64,000 bases of DNA from a bacterium (GTDB lineage: Bacteria > Bdellovibrionota_C > UBA2361 > RFPC01): contig JAUIBK010000016.1 in NCBI GenBank assembly GCA_030428205.1, forward strand, positions 11,454-75,453, written 5' to 3'. The stretch's first letter is position 1. Each line of letters begins with the position of its first letter. This document shows positions 21,910-30,854 of this stretch, in pieces. Under the pieces are notes generated by a model that did not search any database, had not been told where the DNA came from, and was given only the letters and a program-made list of their open reading frames with translations. A program made the position numbers and the translations under genes.

Positions 21910-24039
21910 ATGTCATTAGGAAATAAAGTTGTTGTTGAGAGAGACTTTCATGGCCAGTCTTTTTCGTTTGAAACAGGATATGTCGCCAAGCAAACCTCTG
22001 GAGCAGTTCTCGTTCGAAGCGGAGAATCGGTTGTTCTTGTTACCTGTGTTCTTGGAGAAGAGAGAGGTGTAGATTTCCTCCCACTCACAATAGATTACAT
22101 CGAAAAAACATATGCTGCAGGTAAAATTCCTGGAGGATTTTTTAAGAGAGAAGGGCGTCTCGGTGAAAAGGAAACTCTTACCTCACGTTTCATTGACCGA
22201 CCTTGTCGGCCAATGTTTAAGAAAGGTTTCTCTTCTGAGATTCAGATTGTAGCCACCGTGCTCTCTGCTGATCCAGAAGTCGATACTGACGTTCTTGCTC
22301 TCTGTGGAGCTTCAGCTGCTGTCTCTATCTCGGCCATCCCTTTTGATGGGCCTCTTGCTGGTGTTCGTGTTGCAAGACATAACGGACAGCTTGTGATTAA
22401 TCCTCCAGTCTCGCAATTTGAAGAGTGCGATCTCAACTTTATCGTTGCCGGTTCGCGTGATGCGATTGTCATGGTTGAGGGTGGAGCCGCAGAAGCTACT
22501 GAAGCTGAAGTGCTTGAAGCTCTTTTTTATGCGCACCAAGAAATTAAGACGATCATCGAAATGCAAGATGAGCTTGTCGAAAAGTGTGGAAAGGAGAAAG
22601 TCGAGTTTACTCCGCGAGAGCTCCCTGCAGAGATTGTTGCCCAGGTAGAAAAAGCAGTAGGTGATAAGCTTACGAGCGCTATCACAGTCGCTGATAAGCT
22701 CGAGCGAAAGAAAGCTATTAAGGCAGTTCGTAATGAAGCTATCGAGTCAATCTGGGACGAAAATGCAGAGGACGCGGATCAGGTACTTGCTGATATGAAG
22801 TCGGCTTTTGACGATCTCGTATCAAAAGCTGTACGTGGCCTGCTCTTTGAGAAGGGGGTTCGTCTTGATGGGCGTGATAACAAAACTGTTCGAGATATCG
22901 AAATTGAAGTTGGTATGCTCCCACGCGTTCACGGCTCTTCGCTCTTTACCCGTGGAGAAACACAAGCAATCGTTACGGCAACACTTGGTGTCGATGATGA
23001 TGCCCAGCGTATCGATGGGCTCCTTGGTTCTTCGCTGAAGCGTTTCATGCTTCATTACAACTTCCCTGCATACAGTGTGGGAGAAGCTCGCCCGATGCGT
23101 GGGCCTGGTCGTCGTGAAATTGGTCACGGAGCGCTTGCTGAGAGAGCACTTTCAGCGGTTATCCCGTCAGAAGATGATTTCCCGTATGTGCTCCGTATCG
23201 TCTCTGAGATTACCGAGAGTAACGGTTCAAGCTCAATGGCCTCTGTCTGTGGTGGAACGCTTGCACTCATGGATGCTGGTGTTCCGATTAAGGCTCCTGT
23301 TGCAGGTGTTGCAATGGGCCTTATCGCCGAAGAAGAGAATACCGTTATCTTGACTGATATTCTTGGTGATGAAGACCATCTTGGTGATATGGACTTTAAA
23401 GTGTGTGGTACCGAAAAAGGTATTACCGCACTTCAGATGGATATCAAGATTAAAGGTCTCAGCCAAGAAATTATGACCAATGCTCTTGATCAAGCCAAGG
23501 ATGCAAGACTGCACATCCTCGGTAAGATGAGTGAAGCTATCAGTTCTTCACGAACTGAGCTCAGTGAATACGCTCCACGTGTTGAGACGCTTAAGATTAG
23601 CTCTGATAAAATTCGAGATCTTATCGGACCTGGTGGAAAGGTCATCAAAGGCATTCAGGCTACTTGGGAAGTAAACGTCAATATTGATGATAGTGGTATT
23701 GTGACTGTCTCAGGGAACGATGCTCAGAAGATGGCTTCTGCTATTGAGACAATTAAGTCACTTACCGAGAAGCCAGAAGTCGGAAAGATCTACGAAGGTG
23801 TAGTGAAGCGTATTGCTGACTTTGGTGCTTTCGTTGAGATTCTTCCTGGCACTGATGGTCTTGTGCACATCTCTCAACTCTCTGATGAGCACGTTAAGCG
23901 TGTGACTGATATTGTTCAGGAAGGAGACCTCGTCTCTGTGAAAGTTCTTGAAATTGATCGCATGGGTAAGATCCGTCTTTCAATGAAAGAGGTTTCCGCA
24001 GACGAGAGTGCTGAGGAAGAACGACAGGCGAACGCTTAA
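21910..24039 (+). CDS. pnp: Polynucleotide phosphorylase
   Basis: Two RNase PH domains, then KH and S1 domains. Conserved rpsO-pnp arrangement. Confidence 0.95.
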   Translation: MSLGNKVVVERDFHGQSFSFETGYVAKQTSGAVLVRSGESVVLVTCVLGEERGVDFLPLTIDYIEKTYAAGKIPGGFFKREGRLGEKETLTSRFIDRPCRPMFKKGFSSEIQIVATVLSADPEVDTDVLALCGASAAVSISAIPFDGPLAGVRVARHNGQLVINPPVSQFEECDLNFIVAGSRDAIVMVEGGAAEATEAEVLEALFYAHQEIKTIIEMQDELVEKCGKEKVEFTPRELPAEIVAQVEKAVGDKLTSAITVADKLERKKAIKAVRNEAIESIWDENAEDADQVLADMKSAFDDLVSKAVRGLLFEKGVRLDGRDNKTVRDIEIEVGMLPRVHGSSLFTRGETQAIVTATLGVDDDAQRIDGLLGSSLKRFMLHYNFPAYSVGEARPMRGPGRREIGHGALAERALSAVIPSEDDFPYVLRIVSEITESNGSSSMASVCGGTLALMDAGVPIKAPVAGVAMGLIAEEENTVILTDILGDEDHLGDMDFKVCGTEKGITALQMDIKIKGLSQEIMTNALDQAKDARLHILGKMSEAISSSRTELSEYAPRVETLKISSDKIRDLIGPGGKVIKGIQATWEVNVNIDDSGIVTVSGNDAQKMASAIETIKSLTEKPEVGKIYEGVVKRIADFGAFVEILPGTDGLVHISQLSDEHVKRVTDIVQEGDLVSVKVLEIDRMGKIRLSMKEVSADESAEEERQANA

Positions 24040-24064
24040 GCCTTTTTAGCTTTTTCCTTGAGAA

Positions 24065-24102
24065 GGCGTTACTATGGCTTTGCTGTAGTAGCGCCTTTTT
24101 TT
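24065..24102 (+). terminator. Rho-independent terminator of pnp
   Basis: ggcgttacta-N11-tagtagcgcc followed by ttttttt. Confidence 0.6.
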
Positions 24103-24121
24103 GTGTCAGTTCTCAAGTTTT

Positions 24122-24196
24122 ATTGAATCGCAGAGGCGCTCAGAGGAACACAGAGGAGAGCGATAGAACATCCTCTGTGCGCCTCTGTGATTCAAT
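24122..24196. terminator. Long imperfect hairpin between the convergent pnp and cls genes
   Basis: attgaatcgcagaggcgc ... gcgcctctgtgattcaat 18-bp outer stem. Inner cacagagg/cctctgtg stem. Confidence 0.4.
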
Positions 24197-24206
24197 TGTC
24201 TTAAGG

Positions 24207-25622
24207 TCAGAGCACTGGAGATGCTATTCGAAAGACATTTTCTCTGAGCCGAGTAAGGAGCGTCTCCTTTGGTAAGTTGCTGAGTGATAACTCTGTGCTC
24301 TCGGTCTTTATATCACTCAGTGTCTGTGACAAATCCTTATGAACTTTCTTGTCAATCGCAAGCAGACTCGATTCGAAGTTAATAAAGAAACTCCGTTGGT
24401 CCATGTTTGCTGAACCAATAAAAGAGACCTCATCATCAATGATGACGACTTTGGCGTGAACAAATGCCTTTCGGCTTTCGAAGATCTTTACACCTGCTTG
24501 AAGAAGTTCACGGTACCAACTTTTTGCTGTAACATTAACAATCCAAAGATCTGACTTGTAGGGGAGTAGCACCTCGACCGAAATCCCTTGCTGAGCAAGG
24601 GATTTAAGCGTGAGTATAAAGGCATCTGTTGGAATAAAATACGGGGTAAGGATGGAAACCCGCTGTTGTGCTTGCTGAAAGAGAGAGGTGAGGATCATCT
24701 CTAAGGTCGAGTCTTCTTCTTCTGGGCCCGTTGGAATGACTTGTAGTAACGTGTTTCCTTGTGGAGAGAGCTCTGGAAAATACTCTTGACCGTCGAGTTT
24801 TTCACCAGACGTAAATCCCCAATCTTCTGAAAAAATGCACTGTAGGTGTGCTACGGCAGGTCCTTTGATTTGCACGGCAACATCTCTCCAGAGTAATTTT
24901 CTGTTTCTCCACTGGAAATATTCATTTCCAATATTTTGACTGCCGATGAATCCTGTTGTGCCATCAATAATGGCAAGTTTGCGGTGATTTCGGAGTTGAA
25001 ATCCCCAAGGGCGTCTTAGGGTAAGGGGCCAGAAGAAAGCCACCTGTACACCAGCGTCTTTGAGAGGGCGAAGAAACTTACGATTGAGATAAAATGAGCC
25101 CACAGCATCTACGAGCAATCGACATTCAACACCTTGTAGAGCTTTCTTGATTAAGAGTTCTCGAAACTGTTTGCCAATATCGTCTGGACGAAAAATATAA
25201 TATTCCAAGTGAACATGGTGGCATGCAGACGCGATAGCTTCTGTAAGCGCGGTGTATGTCAAAAAAGATTCATCAAGGGGGGTTACAAGATTACCTCCAT
25301 TCTCAGGGAACTCGGTCAGATTTTGGGCGAGCCTATGAATTTTACTATAGCGACACGTGCTGGCTTTATCGGGGGTCTGGTTCGCATCGCTTGGTTGAGG
25401 GGTGGGGTTCGGCTTTATGGCACGTTGTCGGACTGTATAGCGGTAGCCTGCAAGGATAAAGATCAAGATGCCAAGATAGGGAAGGAGAAAGAACGCGAGA
25501 ATCCAAGTAAGCGTGGTTTCAGATCGTCTTCTTTGAGGCTGAACGAGTACGTAGAGAGAGAAGAGGGTGGCAAGGATAGGGTGAAGCGGCAGGATGTACA
25601 GCCATTGAGTGTGCTCGAACAT
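24207..25622 (-). CDS. cls: Cardiolipin synthase, phospholipase D family
   Basis: Two HKD motifs (HRKLAIIDG, HAKVVIIDDEVSFIGSANMD) and N-terminal transmembrane helices. The start is taken at MFEHTQW. The ORF track extends to 25751. Confidence 0.8.
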   Translation of the reverse strand: MFEHTQWLYILPLHPILATLFSLYVLVQPQRRRSETTLTWILAFFLLPYLGILIFILAGYRYTVRQRAIKPNPTPQPSDANQTPDKASTCRYSKIHRLAQNLTEFPENGGNLVTPLDESFLTYTALTEAIASACHHVHLEYYIFRPDDIGKQFRELLIKKALQGVECRLLVDAVGSFYLNRKFLRPLKDAGVQVAFFWPLTLRRPWGFQLRNHRKLAIIDGTTGFIGSQNIGNEYFQWRNRKLLWRDVAVQIKGPAVAHLQCIFSEDWGFTSGEKLDGQEYFPELSPQGNTLLQVIPTGPEEEDSTLEMILTSLFQQAQQRVSILTPYFIPTDAFILTLKSLAQQGISVEVLLPYKSDLWIVNVTAKSWYRELLQAGVKIFESRKAFVHAKVVIIDDEVSFIGSANMDQRSFFINFESSLLAIDKKVHKDLSQTLSDIKTESTELSLSNLPKETLLTRLRENVFRIASPVL

Positions 25623-25786
25623 ATTTTTCCTCTCTTGAGAGCATACGAGATGAGCAGCAATGGGAGCAAGAGGAAGGTGCTCACACGTTCTTAGCTCTTC
25701 GCTAACACTTTTCAAACTCGAACTGACTGAAAAGTTATGGCAGCGTTCCATGTATTGTACTGTCTCTCTCTCGAAGGAACCCGTCG

Positions 25787-27019
25787 ATGTCCGCTGAAGC
25801 TAAAGTATTGCTCAAGAATGCTGTTGAACACTCCTCTACGAAGCGTCAAGGGGCGCTTGAGAAGATGTTCACCTATTGGTTTAACGGTTTTGTCTATAAC
25901 CAGATTTGGGAAGATCCTGTTGTTGATATGAAAGCGATGCAGCTTTCAAGCCAGTCAAGAATCCTTACGATCTCATCTGGTGGGTGTAATGTGCTCTCTT
26001 ATCTTACGAAGTCTCCCGCTTCGATAGATGCAGTAGATCTCAATCCCTATCACCTGGAACTGACGAGACTGAAACTTACTGCCGTTCGACACCTTCCAAA
26101 TTATGAGACTTTCTATGAGTTTTTCGGAAGAGCTCGAAGTAGCGAGAATGTGAGAAACTATTTCAAGTATATCTCACCCCATCTCTCGTTTGAGCAGCGT
26201 GCATTCTGGGAGAATCGTCGTGGCCTGTTGGCTCCGCGCATTCAATACTTCCGTAAGGGACTCTATGATGTGTCTCGTTCCGGCTATTTTATCCGTTTTC
26301 TTCACTCTATTTGTCGCCTTGCAAACTGTAAGCCTGAAAAGCTCCTTGCTGCTCACTCTCTACAAGAACAAGAGGAGCTCTTTTCAAAATATCTTGAGCC
26401 TGTTTTTTCTCATCCCGTGGTTCGTATCTTGGGACCGGTATCGCCACTCCTCTTTAGCCTCGGTATTCCCCCGAAGCAATTTGAGGCGCTTCGGGCAGAG
26501 CACCCCGGAGGAATTGTTGCGCTCTATTGTGATAGGGTGAAACGGCTTGCATGCCGCTTCCCTATTCAAACAAACTACTTTGCTTGGCAAGCATTTTCTC
26601 GAAAATACAGTAACGATTGGCATGGGTTTCCTGAATATCTCAAGCCTCACCATTATGAAGCGATCCGTGAGAATGCTCACCGTGTTCGTCTTCACAATAT
26701 GGGACTCACTGCTTTTCTTGAAGAAAAAGCACCCGAAACCCTTTCACATTTTGTCTTTCTTGATTCTCAAGATTGGATGCCTGATCACGTGCTTCAAGAC
26801 CTTTGGTCAGAAGTGGGGCGTGTATCTCAACCGCAATCAAGAGTCATTTTTCGTACGGCTGCTGCCCATAGTCCTGTGTGTGCCGCCTTAGAATCACTGG
26901 GATGTAAGAAGTTTGAGTATCGCCGCGATGAGTCTTTGAGTCTCTACGATCAGGACAGATCCGCGATCTACGGTGGTTTCCATCTCTATGCTCGTGGTGG
27001 TTCAAAGAATGTCGCATAA
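25787..27019 (+). CDS. btaA: S-adenosylmethionine:diacylglycerol 3-amino-3-carboxypropyl transferase (BtaA-like, DUF3419)
   Basis: N-terminus MFTYWFNGFVYNQIWEDP...ILTISSGGCN, characteristic of BtaA. Confidence 0.65.
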   Translation: MSAEAKVLLKNAVEHSSTKRQGALEKMFTYWFNGFVYNQIWEDPVVDMKAMQLSSQSRILTISSGGCNVLSYLTKSPASIDAVDLNPYHLELTRLKLTAVRHLPNYETFYEFFGRARSSENVRNYFKYISPHLSFEQRAFWENRRGLLAPRIQYFRKGLYDVSRSGYFIRFLHSICRLANCKPEKLLAAHSLQEQEELFSKYLEPVFSHPVVRILGPVSPLLFSLGIPPKQFEALRAEHPGGIVALYCDRVKRLACRFPIQTNYFAWQAFSRKYSNDWHGFPEYLKPHHYEAIRENAHRVRLHNMGLTAFLEEKAPETLSHFVFLDSQDWMPDHVLQDLWSEVGRVSQPQSRVIFRTAAAHSPVCAALESLGCKKFEYRRDESLSLYDQDRSAIYGGFHLYARGGSKNVA

Positions 27020-27665
27020 CGAGCTGATGGATAAGACATATCGTTTTCAGCGATATATCTATGATGCAACAAGAAAGTACTTTTTGCTCGGGAGAGATCG
27101 CTTAATTGATTCACTTGAGCCAAAGCCAGGAGCTCGTATTCTCGAAGTAGGAGTGGGAACGGGGAGAAATCTGCTCTGTCTTGCAAAGAAGTATCCTGAG
27201 TGCACCTATTATGGACTCGATGCATCTTCGCTTATGCTTGAAACCGCGAAAACTCTTTTTACAAAAAAAGGTTTGACCCCACCAAAGCTCAAAGAAGCGT
27301 TGGCTGAAAAGGTTGATTATCGAGAGCTCTTTGATGTTCCAGAAGGCTTTGATTATATCATATTTTCATATGCCATTTCGATGATACCAGCTTGGGAGGA
27401 GTCACTTGCAAGAGGAGTGGAGGCGCTTTCGCCTCATGGAACGCTCTCTGTGGTTGACTTTGGAGATCAAGCTGGACACCCTCATATCTTTCGCACGTTC
27501 CTCTGGAAGTGGCTTGGATTCTTCCATGTCCATAAAAGGTTTTCTCTCTTGGGAAGCTTAGAAGGTTTGGCAATCAAAGCAAGGGCTCACTTCGAGTATG
27601 AGTCTGTTGTTCGAAACTATGCATGGGTTGCTCATGTACAACTTGGCCAAGAGAAAACCTCATGA
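27009..27665 (+). CDS. btaB: SAM-dependent N-methyltransferase (BtaB-like)
   Basis: YRFQRYIYDATR...ILEVGVGTGRNL methyltransferase motif I. It overlaps the end of btaA. Confidence 0.6.
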   Translation: MSHNELMDKTYRFQRYIYDATRKYFLLGRDRLIDSLEPKPGARILEVGVGTGRNLLCLAKKYPECTYYGLDASSLMLETAKTLFTKKGLTPPKLKEALAEKVDYRELFDVPEGFDYIIFSYAISMIPAWEESLARGVEALSPHGTLSVVDFGDQAGHPHIFRTFLWKWLGFFHVHKRFSLLGSLEGLAIKARAHFEYESVVRNYAWVAHVQLGQEKTS

Positions 27666-28372
27666 GTGCTGCCCCATTACATTCGTCTCCTGTTGATACG
27701 GATGCGGCAGAGCCGCAGCTTGAAGGGGTTTCCATGAGTCGCAACCCTCTTCCTTTCCTATGGATGACAGATAGGAACACATTTCCTTTTCGAGAGGACA
27801 CCGTTGTCCTTGTTCCTAGTGTTGTTGACTTTGAGGATCAGATATTTAACGTAAGTGTGAACGTTCGACGTTCACACCCAGATAGTGTGCCAGCTAATTT
27901 TATCCAAGAAGATCTCCCTCAAGAACTTCTCGAGAGGATTGAAGAGCTTCGAAGCGAAGGCGCTAAGATGCATTGGGTACTTCTTGATGTGCGATTGATG
28001 CAACCGTCTGACGTTTATGGTTCACGAAGTGCTTATAGCCCTTCACTCGCTTCGAGTTCTCGTAAAGGAGCAGTTCCTTTAAGTGAAAAGGAAAGTCTGC
28101 AGCGAACAAAACAAAGAGAAGCCAAGAGGCGGATAGCTTCGCCAAAAGAGGAAGCCTCAAGCCCCCATGGAAAGGCGAGGAAGCTTCAGCCCGTTACCGT
28201 TTCCCCTGCCTTGACACAGGCCCCTGATCTTGTCTTGGCTCAAGAAAGGGAGCATTCTGAATCGACCGCAGGTTCCACCGAAGAAGAGCTAACGGGTGCT
28301 CAGAAGCAAGAGGCTGACGCAAGAATGCAAGCGATTCTGAATAAATTTCGGAAACAAGGATACAAGGTTTAG
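27662..28372 (+). CDS. Hypothetical protein translationally coupled to btaB through an ATGA overlap
   Basis: The ATG overlaps the btaB TGA. The C-terminus is charged and Lys/Glu-rich. No recognisable domain. Confidence 0.45.
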   Translation: MSAAPLHSSPVDTDAAEPQLEGVSMSRNPLPFLWMTDRNTFPFREDTVVLVPSVVDFEDQIFNVSVNVRRSHPDSVPANFIQEDLPQELLERIEELRSEGAKMHWVLLDVRLMQPSDVYGSRSAYSPSLASSSRKGAVPLSEKESLQRTKQREAKRRIASPKEEASSPHGKARKLQPVTVSPALTQAPDLVLAQEREHSESTAGSTEEELTGAQKQEADARMQAILNKFRKQGYKV

Positions 28373-28403
28373 CCTGTGCCACTCTTTATGAGCATAGGAT
28401 ATG

Positions 28404-29180
28404 TTACGGCTCACCGAAGATAACATCGAGGTCGAATCGGTCTGAGTTATTTTCTCGAGCTTCCGCCTCTGCAAGGCGAGCCTCGAAATCAAGCATTTTT
28501 TGATATTCACGGTAGGGGGCAAAGATAAATTCGGCAAGAATTTCAAAATATGATTGCTCACCCGGAGTTTTCCCTTTTTTCTCGCGAAGGACAGGGAGTA
28601 GTATTTTTATTGCTTCGTAGGTTTCAAGGCTTAGTTGTTTATTGATAGCGATTTCGCGAAAAAGCCGAGAGGTGAGATCGAGAGCAATGATATTAGGCTC
28701 CATTCGCTTTCGTGGAGGCTTATATTCTTCGTCTTTCTTTTCGTTGTTGGTTTCTGTTTCTTCGTTCGAATTCTTTGCATTTGAACGCTTTTTTATTTTT
28801 GGTCTGCGAATAGCTTTCGGACGGCATGAAGACGAGAGAGCCTTAAAGAACTGTTTGCATGCCACACATCCAATGGTAGTACGAACGAAATCTTTCGTAT
28901 TCTCGTAAAGCCATTCGTTTCGACCATCTTCGGCAATCGCTGCGCATAGTGCCTTGAAAAGTTTTTTCTGTTTGCCGTAGCCACGAAAGCGAGTTGTTTT
29001 TTGCCGCTTTTTTTTCACAATCGAAACGGTAGGAAGCTCATCTTGGTATTCATGCTTGGGATTATCAAAGCGTGGTGATTGGGGAGCGATCTGTGGAGTT
29101 TCCTGGGCAAGCAGAGAAGGACCAGCGAGAAGAAGGAACAGAAGGAGCGAGAACGAAAATGTAAAGTATTTTCTCTGCAA
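28404..29180 (-). CDS. Secreted Lys-rich hypothetical protein
   Basis: Signal peptide MQRKYFTFSFSLLLFLLLAGPSLLAQ followed by a basic region. Confidence 0.5.
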   Translation of the reverse strand: MQRKYFTFSFSLLLFLLLAGPSLLAQETPQIAPQSPRFDNPKHEYQDELPTVSIVKKKRQKTTRFRGYGKQKKLFKALCAAIAEDGRNEWLYENTKDFVRTTIGCVACKQFFKALSSSCRPKAIRRPKIKKRSNAKNSNEETETNNEKKDEEYKPPRKRMEPNIIALDLTSRLFREIAINKQLSLETYEAIKILLPVLREKKGKTPGEQSYFEILAEFIFAPYREYQKMLDFEARLAEAEARENNSDRFDLDVIFGEP

Positions 29181-29269
29181 TTTCAGGAGCCTATAAAGAG
29201 TCTCAGTAGCACTTGTTATTCTTTGAAAGAATGCATAATTTTAACGAGTTATATCTTATTGTAGGGAGA

Positions 29270-30661
29270 ATGATGAAATATCACAACACTATCCTTGAAG
29301 CTATCGGAAATACTCCACTTGTAAAACTCAACAAGATTGTCCCCGATGGCGCAGCCACTGTGCTTGTAAAGTGTGAATTCATGAATCCTACGGGCTCGAT
29401 TAAAGACCGGATGGCTCTCTATATAGTAGAAGAAGCTGAGCGGGCAGGGGATCTCAAACCTGGTGGTACGATTGTAGAGAATACTTCTGGTAACACTGGG
29501 CTAGGGCTCGCCATGGTAGCAGCCGTGAAAGGATACCGTTGCGTATTCACGATGCCTGACAAGATGAGCCAGGAGAAAATCGATATGCTCAAAGGTTTTG
29601 GTGCAGAGGTTGTTATTACCCCAACCGATGTGCCTGGAGACTCCCCCGATCACTACGTCAATACTGCAAAACGTATTGCAGCAGAAACTCCTAACTCATA
29701 TTACGTTGACCAATATCACTCTCCCCGAAATATTGATGCACACTACCACAGCACTGGTCGAGAGATTTTTGAGCAAACTCAAGGAGACTTTGACTATTTT
29801 GTAGCCGGTACTGGGACTGGAGGAACTGCCTCTGGCGTTGGTCGTTACCTTAAAGAAAAAAACAAAGAAACAGGGAAGAATATTCAAGTTGTTGGTGTCG
29901 ATCCAATTGGAAGCGTACACTACCACTATTTTCATACGCAAACACTTGTGACTCCTCACGTCTACAAAGTAGAGGGGATTGGAGAGGATATTCTCTGTGG
30001 TGCTATGGACTTTGATGCCGTTGACCGCATGATGCAAACAAACGACAAGGAAGCGTTTACGATGGCACGAAGGCTCGTTCGAGAAGAGGGGCTTTTTTGT
30101 GGTGGATCATCAGGAGCGATTGTACACGGAGCTATTGAGCTTGCCAAAGAGGTTGGAGAGGGTAAGACAATCGTTACTGTACTAACCGACTCCGGCACGA
30201 GGTATATTTCGAAACACCTTTCTGATGCATGGATGAAAGATCATGGATTTTTAGAGCCCTACTCTGAGCTTGGGTTTGTTGAAGAGTTGCTCAAAGGTCG
30301 TAGCCAAGATGCAATTACTGCAAGTGCTTCTGATAAAGTTGGGGATATTGTTACTACTCTCAAAGACAAAGGAATCTCTCAGGTGCCAGTACTTGATGGC
30401 CAAGGAATGCCTCAGTCTATTGTGCACGAGCTTGATGTCTTACGAGCCCTTCAAACTGGAGAGGTCAATCTTGATACAGCTATCTCTGAAATTGCACACC
30501 CCATTGGTGGATTGACTTCTCCTAAAGCTCGTATAGAAGAGCTCTTTCAGATTTTCGATGAAGATCAGGTCGCTGTTGTGGTCGACAACCAAAAGCTTGT
30601 AGGGATTGTTTCAAAAATTGATGTCATCGATTTCATGGCACGCCATAGCTCAAAAGGGTAA
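29270..30661 (+). CDS. Cystathionine beta-synthase/cysteine synthase-like PLP enzyme with a C-terminal CBS pair
   Basis: PLP lysine context NPTGSIKDR and GNTGLGLA. Two C-terminal CBS domains. GGGAGA RBS. Confidence 0.8.
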   Translation: MMKYHNTILEAIGNTPLVKLNKIVPDGAATVLVKCEFMNPTGSIKDRMALYIVEEAERAGDLKPGGTIVENTSGNTGLGLAMVAAVKGYRCVFTMPDKMSQEKIDMLKGFGAEVVITPTDVPGDSPDHYVNTAKRIAAETPNSYYVDQYHSPRNIDAHYHSTGREIFEQTQGDFDYFVAGTGTGGTASGVGRYLKEKNKETGKNIQVVGVDPIGSVHYHYFHTQTLVTPHVYKVEGIGEDILCGAMDFDAVDRMMQTNDKEAFTMARRLVREEGLFCGGSSGAIVHGAIELAKEVGEGKTIVTVLTDSGTRYISKHLSDAWMKDHGFLEPYSELGFVEELLKGRSQDAITASASDKVGDIVTTLKDKGISQVPVLDGQGMPQSIVHELDVLRALQTGEVNLDTAISEIAHPIGGLTSPKARIEELFQIFDEDQVAVVVDNQKLVGIVSKIDVIDFMARHSSKG

Positions 30662-30854
30662 TTCGGAGTTTTCTCTGAGCTATCTCTGTTCAAACTCTTC
30701 TGCATAGAGAGAGAAGTCGACTACCAACTTCTGTAGGCTGTGTCTTGTTAGTGCCCTGAAATTACAGGATTTTTCATCTGGCCATCACTTTGCAGGGTTA
30801 TAAACGATTTTGTCTACTGACGGATGAAATCGAAATTCGTTATTCTCTACTCCT

